DNA from: Camelus ferus
Lineage: Eukaryota
DNA: 64,000 nt
Reading direction: 5' to 3'
Assembly (NCBI RefSeq): GCF_009834535.1
Contig: NC_045698.1
Coordinates: forward strand, 12,526,001 to 12,590,000
The notes below the pieces were generated by a model. The model saw only the letters and a list, made by a program, of their open reading frames with translations, was not told the origin of the DNA and did not search any database. The position numbers and the translations under genes are program-made. Of this stretch, positions 1 to 10,754 are shown in pieces. Each line of letters opens with the position of its first letter. Position 1 is the stretch's first letter.

Positions 1-199
1 AGGAAGCAAAACTACATTGGTCTAGATCAACAGTCAATGACCTCTTGTTTCTAAGCCCCACCACTCCCTCCTTCTAGTGTTTCCAGGGGCAAAAAAGAGA
101 AGAGAGCATGAGAGGAGGAAGGGGAGGGGTGGGAGAGGGGAGGATGGAGGCATATCTGCAGAAACAGGAATGGTAGACGCAGGGGTGCTTTGTTCCCAC

Positions 200-548
200 G
201 TTTCTCTGCTGGGGCTGCCAGAACAGAGCACAGGACCAGGAGGCTAGAACTCCAAGGTCAGGGTGTTGACAGGTTTGGTTTCCTCTGTGGTCTCTCTCCT
301 AGGCTTGCAGACGGCTGCCTTCCTGCTGTGTTCTCACAGGGTCTTGTGTCTGCGTGCATGCACCCCTGGTGTCTCTTTCAGTCCCAGTCTCTTTTCATTA
401 GGGCACCAGCCCGATGGGTGAAGGCCCACCTCGATGGCTTCATTTGAAATTAATTAACCTCTTAAAGGCCCTATCTGCAAAGACTGCAGTTTAGAGCTTC
501 AGCATATGAATGGGGGTGGCGGGTGGGGCACAACGCAGGTTGCAACAA
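200..548 (-). mobile_element. MaLR LTR (MLT1B/C-like)
   Basis: tccaaggtcagggtgttgacagg...ggcttgcagacggctgccttc...cttcagcatatgaa...cacaa pattern. Confidence 0.8.
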
Positions 549-1899
549 TTCGTGCTTCATATTAAGAAAAGTGGTTTACAGTGAAGAACATTTACAGCCC
601 CTGTGCGAAGTGCAGTTTCACTTGGCAGGAAGAAAGGAGTGGGGAGAATCAGCTACACTCCAGCCTGACTTAATCCTCACGACTCCATGTGAGGCAAACA
701 TATATCCTCTTCTGACAACATGAGACGCAAAAAAAATTAATTTTGCTAAGATTGGCATTACTAGGACAGGTAGAGCCTGGTGTGGGATTCAAAGCCTATT
801 TCTGTGGCTTTGTTGTACCAGGGATGGCAAAGGGTGTATGCAGGTACCCCTCCCTCTGTGCACTCGTGCTGGACATGGGTACATGGACGAGGCCTCAGAA
901 TCCTTCTCAACACAGTGCTCTAGGCAGTTGCCACCATTCAGTAGGCGTTAGCATGTGGCATTTTTCATTCTAGTGCTGTGTTATCATGCTTTTCCTCTGT
1001 GTGAAGCCTTTCCCATTTGGTTACCCAAATATGACAAGAATGAATAAAGGAAGAGAGAAGGATTTACTTAGTCCATGCAGTGTAATGAACTAGCCAATCT
1101 CGAGTAAATTAAAATAGAGTTATTCTGGGAAAGCCCATTTGATAGTGGCTCAAGAAAGAAGCCCTTCCTACCCTGTATGGAAGGGTTGACCTTCCTGCCA
1201 GTTGACAATCCTATTCTGCCATTGGTAGGGGATTCACCCGACTGAATCTTAACCACAGGGCAAGTTTTACTGGATGGATTAGAAGATACAGACTTTACCA
1301 GAAAGCAGATGTGGGAAGAATGCTTGGAATTTTCTAGGTTTCTGTATGGTGGACAGTGAGGATTGGGCAGTTAGTGGCAGGCATCATATGGAGTCTTTGA
1401 TGACTGCAAAAACCAAGGCTAATGAATTTTGGGGCCTTTCCAAGTAATAAAACAAGTAGTGATACTGAAGGGATTTTTTGAGGGGCATTCTCAGCAAATG
1501 TGGATGTGGGGATATCCTCACTTAACACTTGAGAGGGTTTTATTTTTTAAAGCAGTTTACAGCTTTTGAAAGTGCCCTGTCAGGTGATTCAGTCATTGCC
1601 TTTCTGTTTCAAACTTCAAGTCACGTCATGTTGTGTTAACGATGGCAATAAAGAATATTACCTCATTAATCCACAATGTAATTGAATATAATAATTCAAT
1701 CTGACTATACTCGATGAGCCACCAGCCCTACACTAACTGAAAGCTGGTAATGTTTATTATCTTTTATTAAAAATTTTCACCGGTAAATTATTTCCGGCAT
1801 AAAACCTGCAATGGGGGTTGCTGTAGAATTTTTTATCTTAAGTCTTTAATTCAAGCAACATCTACCGCCGAGCCCACGTCTGTGGTCTTTCGGTGCTCG

Positions 1900-2540
1900 C
1901 TTTCTGGTCAATAGCACCTTCCTCCATTCATTCCAGAAAACTGGGATCTTTCTGCTGACAAAGTTCTGTAAAGTCTATCTTGTAATTACCCCTCACATAC
2001 GTCCGTCCATTTCCCTGTACACTGAGTCACGGATCTAGTCGAAGCTTCTGTCCCTCCCCTTGACTGCTCCCCTAATGCTCCTCTGAATCTAAGCACGGCA
2101 TGCCTGTGCCTAAGACTTTTATATCAAGATTTTCTGTTACACTTGGAATAAAACATCAAAGTCCTTTGCTGACCTGTGAGTTCCTGCGTGTTCATCTTTT
2201 CCCATTTCCCTCTTCTGCCTCCTTGCATCCTCTCTCTCACCCACCCTCTGTTCCCACGTGGCCTGCCTTTCAGGTCTCCCAACGCTCCAGGCTCTTTCCT
2301 GCTGTCCTCCTGCCTGGAATATTCTTTTCCCCACTGTCCAAGTGCTCCTCAGCCTAACTGCCACTTTCTCAGAGGCGCTTCTCCTGACTGTCCCCACTCC
2401 TCTCACAGCATTTGGCATTTTTGCCCCCACATTTATCAGAACTGATGTGATTGATTAGTGTCTCTTCTCCTCTAGACGGAGAGACCCAGGAGGCAGGGAT
2501 GTGTCGGTTCTGTTGACCCATAACAGCGCTGTACAACAGT
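1900..2540 (+). mobile_element. L2 3' fragment
   Basis: Pyrimidine-rich sequence with L2 motifs (cctcctgcctggaatattct; tgtctcttctcctctagac...gaggcagggatgtgtc). Boundaries approximate. Confidence 0.6.
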
Positions 2541-5435
2541 TCTGGTCCATCCCGAGGAAGCCTTACTTGTCCGGTGTCGAAGGTTGCCCATAGTCCATTA
2601 TATTCATGGAGGGCACACGTCTTCTGAAAGTCACCTTTGGCAGCTGAGACGACTTCCGTTTATGGACACTAAATTTCACCTCATCAGTTGTGCTTACTCT
2701 GAAGATGAATATCTGATGAGCTCCAATTAGTGTAATTATTCGGTTTCCAAGCAGTAACCTTAGTAGTAATTGTTCTAAAGCCCTGTGACATTACGAGTAA
2801 TTAGTCCTACTAATTACTGCTTCCAAGCTTTCTCCTAAGGTAGAGTCTCAAAGGAAAAATGAAATTGTGTTGTTATTTGGGAAACGAATAGTATGACGTT
2901 GTGGGTTGTTTTTTTTTTTCCCCAGAAATAAACCACAAGGAATGAAAGCTGGTGCTCATGGTCGTTCTGTTTCTCATCTGTTCCTCCCAAGTTGTTGAAT
3001 GCCATGGGTCTGCTACGGATCCATTATACTGAACGTCTTAACCAATGCATTTTCATAACAGTCTTTGTGAAGTCAGGAGTGTTAGGCCTCCAGATGGTTT
3101 TAAATCTGAACACACTCGTGGATTGTAAACCTGCTGAAGTAAATATGAATTTAACCCTGGTTCTGTGCAGGGACCACTTACTTTAAATGCTGAGTTCCTC
3201 CAGTCCAGGACTTTGCTTTGTTCATCTTTGGATGTCAGTTTCTAGCACAAAACCTATGGTCCAGTAAGGGCTGAAGGCACTGAAGGACACTGGTTTATGG
3301 CCGTTTGACAAATAAGGCATATTTCAGAGTGTTGGGAACCACATCTGGGAACCAGCTTGCAATGAACCTTTAGCAAATATCACAGGGTTTTCTTTGGGGT
3401 GGGCGGGATAAACACAATTAAGACTACATCTGTGATTTACTCTTCAGCCCCTCATTTACACGTACTCCTGGATGGTCAGTATCAGCTTTCCTTGTCTCAT
3501 CCCTGAGTGTCTTTGGCCTCAGTTTGAACTGAGATTCTTAAAGATAAATATTTCATGTTAACCCTGAGATCTCTCACAGGTCAGTGTCTAGTTTTCGAAA
3601 GCTGATCCTTAACGATGGAATTCTTGTTAACGAAAAAAAGATTTGTAGTTTTTTTTTTTACAATGATAGGACACTGGTTTCTAAAGTAACCTGTGGTTAA
3701 GAAATAATAATGCAGGTTTCCAGGAAGCAAGTCTAATCTGACAATACAGTTTACTCATTCTAAAACATTTTTAGATTTGGTGCTTTATTTGTAAAATTTT
3801 TGCTTTAATAGGCTTCTGTTTTACATATTCAAAGTGCAGTTGTGTTGAGGTGATTGTCAGGTCTTTACTGTCCATATCCATTGGCCTCTAAGACATTGTT
3901 GTGTCATCTACATGATTTATACCATGAACACCGGCTGCTTTTACTATGAAATCAATACTTTGTCTTAAAATGGTCTCATTTTAAATGAATTCAGTTTATG
4001 AATGAGCCAGTGGCATTTTCTGCAGCTGTGGCTCCTTCATCTCGCCCTCCTGTCCCTGATGCCCCCCCCCCCCAACAGGTAGAATGGCCCTTCCAGATGG
4101 ACCTAAAGGAACTGGCCATTGGGAGATGGGGGCACAGCTAGGGATCATCTACTCTGTAGGGTCAAGTCCATTTGATTTAAATTGGGCTGTAGAATGAAAA
4201 GGGTGGTGATAGCTCTTTTCAGTTAATTTTTTTAATCTTATGCACCGTTGAGTGTCCCTTCCCTAACTCACCCTACTTACTGACAGCTGATTTCTCACCA
4301 AACTTCATGATTTTCTTTGCAGCCTCGAGGCTGTAGATTATGTACTTGGAATCTGTAATTAGCTGGAATGACATGGTACTGATGGTTGAGCAGCAGTTTC
4401 TGACACACATGAGTAACTGGATGACTGATAGACCTTTGGGTGTATATTTCCAAGCAGTTTCCTGGGTGATATTTTCCTTGCTTTATTTTATTTTTTTAAA
4501 TCCTCTCATGTGACTTGCTAGGGTAGAGGTGTCATTTTGGTTTTGAAATTAAGGAATATAAACAGAAAAGTTGCTGTCGCTGCAGTCAGGAAGCCCAAGG
4601 CATGATTGGCTTTGAATTCCGCCAACTCCCAACTCCAGGAAGCATTCATTCCCTGTGAGTCTCTGTCTTCTGCTATTGTGGGTACATACGTCATTCCCCT
4701 TCAACTGTATGAAAATCATTCTATTTCTGCTCTATCCAGTGCGTTATTGGGTTGGACACGCATGATGTACACTTACCCAGCTGAAGACATAAGTTTAAAC
4801 ATTTATTTTATATAGTTAAAAGGTGAAAGTGTTGCTTTGGTGATGAATTCATTCTTTATTTAAAGATCGGTGGCATTGTTAGGCATATAAGACTAAGCCT
4901 TTTAAAAGCAGTTCCAAAGAGCAGCTGACGTGGGAGTTTTCTACTCTGTTAATGCAATGTGGGAAAATACAAACCGCGTTAAAATCTTGTAGAATTAGTG
5001 TTTGTTTATTGAATGAGCTGAGAGATGCAAAGACCTGTTACCTTGTTTATAAGGAGCTTACAGTCGGGGAAGGCAAATGAGTACACCAGTAATTACAGCG
5101 AGATGAGTGGGTAGACACACAGGATAGAGACACTAGCAGATAATCATTGGATTAACTACATGGACCTCTGTCCTTTCTCTGTTCCCCTGTCAGTAGAGCC
5201 ATCTCTTTCACTCGCCTAAACCGTGGGGGATATTCCAAGTTCAACTGGCTATTATTTAACGAGTTTTATGTAACTATCACTTTTGAGAATAAGGAATTCA
5301 GGATTGATTTCACTTAATTCGAAGGTCTTTTTAATCACTCCGGAGCAAAGCCATTTACATATCTTAAATTTTCATCAAAAACAAAGTACTTTGGGATTAT
5401 AAATCAAAGGAAAAGCCTTCAAGAATAGTTAGTTC

Positions 5436-5601
5436 TTTTTATTTTTTTAAGAAAAAAAATGACTCCATGTACATAACTGTAATTCTTGTCAGTGATTTCT
5501 CTCTTTTTTTTTGACATTTTTTATTGATTTATAATCATTTTACAATGTTGTGTCAAGTTCCAGTGTAGAGCACAATTTTTCAGTTATACATGAACATATA
5601 T
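5436..5601 (-). mobile_element. 5'-truncated L1 3' end plus an extra 3' segment, bounded by a 15-bp TSD
   Basis: L1 3'UTR terminus at 5504-5601; TSD aagaatagttagttc at 5421-5435 and 5602-5616. Confidence 0.85.
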
Positions 5602-6720
5602 AAGAATAGTTAGTTCCTAAAACACAGTAAGAATATGCTTTAGATCTTGAGCAGAGCTGCTTCCTTAGAGTAACCGGACGCCGCCGTGGGAAAGCGCCCC
5701 CAGCTGCGGCTCCTCCCTGCCAGCCTAACTGCTGGGAGACAGGCTGCTCAGCTTGAGAAACAGGGGGAAAGGATTTCTGTTCTCATCTTCTAGAGTCTAA
5801 GAAAAGCACCCAGTCGTTTGCAGGATCCTTCAGATCTTTATTCTAGGGACATTACTCCCTGAATCCAGGAATGAAAGGTGCTTGTCCTTTGGAGATGTAA
5901 TCTCCAGGCACACAATGTGTGGAAGGGACTCTGAATTGCACATGGCATGTGACTAAGGAGTGTCTCTAGACAAAACATTTTATTTTTGATAATATGTGCT
6001 TGGGAAATGCTCATTCCAGTTTCTTCTTGGGTTGGGTACATTTGCAGTGCTAAAGTTGATAACAGATCACTTTTCTGTTAATGTTTTGTCATAGGAATTA
6101 TATTTCCTTATGTGTCTAGTCTTTTTTGCCCTAAAGTGCTGGTTTCTCTTGACTCCTCAATTATAAATAGCTTACAGGGATTCTTGAATATGATACATAT
6201 ATATTTAAAAAAAAATCCTTCATTGAATTTAGGGCAAGGTTGGTAACCAATCTCTCACCATTCCTCGAGCCTTCACCTTCTAGTCTGATTTGTACTCCCT
6301 GCCATCTGTATTGGCTGATTGACAGATGGTTATTTCTCACCCTCACAGGAAAACTCCTTGGACCAGAACACCTGTCTTGCTTGACTGTTGTTCTCCTAGA
6401 ATTTAAGGCACTAATTGACCCAGAATAATTGCTCAATGTAAATCAATGTATTGATCTTGGAGATTATTCTACTTTGGGGGAGAAGAGCAAAAAATGATTA
6501 TTTTTCACAGTTTTAAAATTGCTTGTTACTTGAATTTAAACCAGTGCTACATTGCGGGTCTCTTGGGCAAATCATTCTGAGAGCTAGTTTCCCGGCTGAT
6601 CAGTGGGAATTCTTCACTCTCTGCAGATGGTCTTTCCCGAGTAGTTAAATGGCTACTGAATCGATCCTGAGTTCATGTCCTGAGTTTGGTTTCATGTCAT
6701 TGTTTACAAAAACCAAATAT

Positions 6721-6809
6721 ATATATTTTTTAATGGTGGTACTTGGAGATTGAACCCAGGACTTCATACATGCTAAGCATGCACTCTACCACTGAACTAT
6801 ACTCCCCCC
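6721..6809 (-). mobile_element. tRNA-derived SINE (Vic-1-like), short tail
   Basis: Reverse complement reads ggggagtatagttcagtggtagagtgcatgcttagcatg...gggttcaatc (Pol III A and B boxes) followed by an A-rich tail. Confidence 0.9.
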
Positions 6810-8016
6810 AAAACAAATATTTTAATAATAGGAGTTAAAGATTTAAATAAAATCTTCAGAGACCCTAATATCTAATAGGTGAGTAGGTGGCGAGTGATGC
6901 ACACTTTTAATTAGTTCCATCTTAAACAATTCTTCAGCCTTGATGTAATTAATAAATAAATCAATTCGTGGCAAAAACGGTATTGGGTAATTCCCTCTGA
7001 AATTTTCAAAAGCTAGAATTTTTTCTGTATACCTTTGAAAGCTTGTTCATGGAATGTTCCAGCCCACCTTGCAGTAAACAACCAGGAATTCTTCCTGGAG
7101 GTGTCGTAAGGAAGGCTGATAAGTCTCTCTGATAAGGAAGCAAAGAACCCTCCTTGCTCGTCTGGAATTCTTTTCCGACTTAAAACACAAACCAAAAGTC
7201 GGGTTTTTAACATTAGTGACTTGGATAATTTTCATTTGGAAGAAGGGAAACTGCCTGAATCTGGGGTTGAACTTGCAGGTAATACAGGTGTAGACATCCA
7301 GAAATGAGATGCTGCTGCAAGGCTTCTATAGCCTGGCCCTTCCTAGGTGTCCCCTGATGCTGCTTTCCAAATTCAGAGCACTTGCAGCGCCACCAAACGA
7401 GTACAGAACGTAACACGTGTGTCAGGAGGCTCTTTAATATGGATGCTCATTTGGGGGAGTCCTGTCTTTTCCCAGTTCGAAGTCGTGGGCGGGTCTGAGC
7501 AGTTTGATGCTTCTACTAACCCTTTATTTGCTTCACGACTTGAAACATCTTTGCCCGCTATACCCATTCCCTTGTCTAGGTGCCTTGCTATTCTCTATTT
7601 AAATTACTCTGTCTTTTCAGAATAGCAGGGGACTTCGCTTCTCCTTAAAATCATTCCAGATGCATTTGGTTCTGCTCAACATCTCAGTCTTATTGTCCTG
7701 GAAGAGTGGTTACTGTTTCCAACCAACTCAGTTTACCTGGCTGGCTCTCTGAGTTTTTATTGCGAGCAAAATAAGACTTCAAAGGAACTGAAGAAGCTTG
7801 AGCGTCCATTCTCTCTTTCAACTAACACCTCCTGATGTTTATCCTTGGGAGTAATTTGATGTTTATTGGATGAAACATGTAGTTAGGTGTTAATGGAGGC
7901 CAATGGCAACCTTCAGAACAGTGTGTAGAAACCTTTAATATTTTTTGTTGAGCATTTGATACCCTGTGGTCAAGGGTTTCTATGGAATCCATGACATCCA
8001 GGAATAAAAATGCTTA

Positions 8017-8033
8017 GAGGCCCCCTAGTGGTC
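8017..8033 (-). promoter_or_regulatory. Candidate CTCF site
   Basis: Minus strand GACCACTAGGGGGCCTC matches the CCASYAGRKGGC core; motif evidence only. Confidence 0.55.
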
Positions 8034-8653
8034 TCAACCGAACGCACTGAAGTGTAGCCACAGCCATTTCACCCCTGAACTTGACCCACCTTTTCTTCTA
8101 CATCTCTTGCTGTCTCTTCTTCCTGCCTTGTGCCATCTCCAATTTGTCATCCTATGCTCCATCACCGTGAACTATTCCTAATTTCTGATAAACATCTGAA
8201 GTGTGGCACAAAAGATATGACACTTTAAATATGACTCATTAGGAATTGTATTTAAATATTGATACGACAATGACTTTTCCAAGAATCTGTGGAGTGTAAA
8301 CTCATTTTTGAGTGTAAGCTATTAATCACCAACCTTCTATTCCACTTCGGTTATCTTTGGTAATTGTTAAGTGCATTTCCACTCGGATAAAGACTGCCCA
8401 GCTTTCTGATAAATGCCTGGAAAAGGGGGATGGCTTTAGTGCTAACTCATTTCAACCAAATAAGAAACCAATGGAGCTGGCTTGAGCCAATGGAATGTAT
8501 AAAGGGGTCGGGGAATAAAGCCACACAACTTCTTACTCTTACCTGGATAATCAGTCAGCACTTGACTTAATATTACACACCACTTTAGCTCCTGAAAGAA
8601 GATAGGGCATCTATGAAAAATTCCCTCACCTACTTTGGTTTTTCTTGGTAAAC

Positions 8654-8809
8654 CTTTTTTTTTTTTTTTGAAGGTGTCGTTTATTTAAAAAAATTTTTTT
8701 TCTTTGGTTGGGGGGAGGTAATTAGATTTATTTACTTATTTTTAATGGAGGTACTGTAGAACCTCCTGCATGCTAAGCACACACTCTACCACTGAGCTAT
8801 GCCCTTCCC
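8654..8809 (-). mobile_element. tRNA-derived SINE (Vic-1-like) with deleted B-box region
   Basis: A-box gcatagctcagtggtagag and the taattacctcccccc tail module are present; the gggttcaatcccc segment is missing. Left boundary approximate. Confidence 0.85.
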
Positions 8810-9193
8810 ACCAGGAAAACCATTTGTGAAGTTGTCAAACCCAGGGTCCAAATAAGGTAGATCACTGTTAGTCCGTGTAGCTGGAGGCCATATGTTTGGT
8901 GATGATCGCTGCCTCTCTGCCACTCACCCTGGGATCTAGGTCTCAGCGTCCTGAAGGGCGTGTTTGAGATAGTCTTAATTACAACTTCTGTTACTTTCCT
9001 TCCAGGACCTTGCAAAGCAAGGCTGATCTAGTTTGGACCCAGTGAGGAATTTAGACGCACGTGGCTTATTTTCATTTGTTAAGTTCTTATGGTTGAAAAC
9101 AGAAGCTTCACTTAGTGCGGCAAAACTCCTCCAGTTTGGATTTCCCCTCCCCCACCACCTTGAGTCTGCAAAGTCCTCTTCGCTGTAAGCGCC

Positions 9194-9256
9194 GTGCTGG
9201 TGCTGGTGCTGGTGCTGGTGCTGGTGCTGGTGCTGGTGCTGGTGCTGGTGCTGGTG
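9194..9256 (+). repeat. Perfect hexanucleotide microsatellite (GTGCTG)10.5
   Basis: Read directly: 63 bp without interruption. Confidence 0.97.
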
Positions 9257-10471
9257 GAGCCTTTGGAAAAGTCACTCAGTGGTGTGGTGGTGGTGGTTTT
9301 TTCCTTTTCACTCTGTAGTCCTGTGTTTGGAACAGTTAAGAGAGATGCCATTTCAAAGAGTCTACCAAATAAAAAGCCTGGGCTGTGGTGATTTTGATTC
9401 CAAGTTGATAACGTAAAACCATCATGACAGGGACAGCAAAACTATGCGAAGGTGTTGTGTTTTTTTTAAATGGCATTTCACAACACTTTGTAATCTTCTA
9501 AAATTATATTATTACAAAATAAAACCTTTTCATCTACTGAACCCTGGCAGTGCTCCCAACTTTACAAAGACTGACATTTTAAGATGTGGCAACCTGGTGA
9601 CTTGTCACCCCATTGTACGAACGAGGAGACTTGAGACGCAGAGATATAAGGCACAGGTCACGTAGCCAGTGTGACCAGCTTTTCTTGGTCCACATTTCCC
9701 TGCTCTTATCTTGCCAGAAGCATCCTGGTCAATAGGAGGGCTTAATTTGTTCCTTTCTGTTTGGGTAACTTCTCTTCAACTTCTTTAAGTCAGTGCCACC
9801 CGTCAACTGCGTTTGTTGGAAATGAACAAGATTCCAAAGCTGTCATAGGTCTGTTCTGGAGCTGGAGTGGAGCCCGTGTGCACAGCGGTGACTGGGTGGG
9901 AATGCGGCCTGTGGGTCAATTCACCAAAACAAAATTGAGACTCCGGACCCCCCTGAGTGACCAGGATCTTGAGGATTTGGGGTCAAAGCTGCAAAACCAG
10001 TACACGGAGCCAGCTTGCCAACTTGGGATTTTCTGAGACTCAAACTTAAGTTTAAAAATTAAATCAGGGGACTCAACTGAAATATTGAACTGGACTGTGG
10101 TCCCTCCATAAACTATGAGGTGTGCTGCATTTAAGGGGAAGCAGTTATCCCAGAGAGAAAGTACCCCATCCCCTCGAAATTCTGTATCCTTTCTGGAGTG
10201 GCCGAGGAAGGAGCAAAATCTCAGTAAGGTGCTGTTTTCTTGTGCTGGTCCCCAGAGTAAGAAGGCATGCTTCATGCACCCTCCATAGTTTTGACAGTTA
10301 CTGTCAGCCACAGTGAATTTGCAGTTCCTTTTTTTTTTTTTTTTAAATTTTGTTGACTCAGTTAATAAAAAAGCAAGAAGAAGTGGAAGTTTAGCGTGCA
10401 CCCCTGTCAGCAACAAACGGTGGTAAGAACGATCCTGTGGGTTCATCTCTCCCTCCCTCTCTCCCTTTCTG

Positions 10472-10754
10472 TTTTAATACTTTTTAGAGTAGTTTTAGGT
10501 GCACAGCAAAATGGAGCGGAAGGCACAGAGATTTCCCATGTATGCCCTGCCCGGATACATGCAGAGCCTCCCCGCAATATCAGCAACCCCCACCAGCATG
10601 GTACATGTGTTACAGCTGGTGAACCTACACTGACACACCATCATCACCCGAAGTCCAGAGCTGACATTAGGGTTCATTTCACACTTTGTGTTGTACATTC
10701 CGTGGGTTTGGACTGATGTACAATGACACGTATCCACCATGACTGTATCATAAC
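10472..10754 (-). mobile_element. Old L1 (L1MC-like) 3'UTR fragment
   Basis: tttttagagtagttttaggtgcacagcaaaatggagcggaaggcacagagatttccc resembles the L1MC 3' end. Confidence 0.75.

Noticed and set aside
9112..9391. ORFs with poly-GA, poly-VL and poly-ST tracts
   Set aside because: These are translations of the hexamer microsatellite, not genes.
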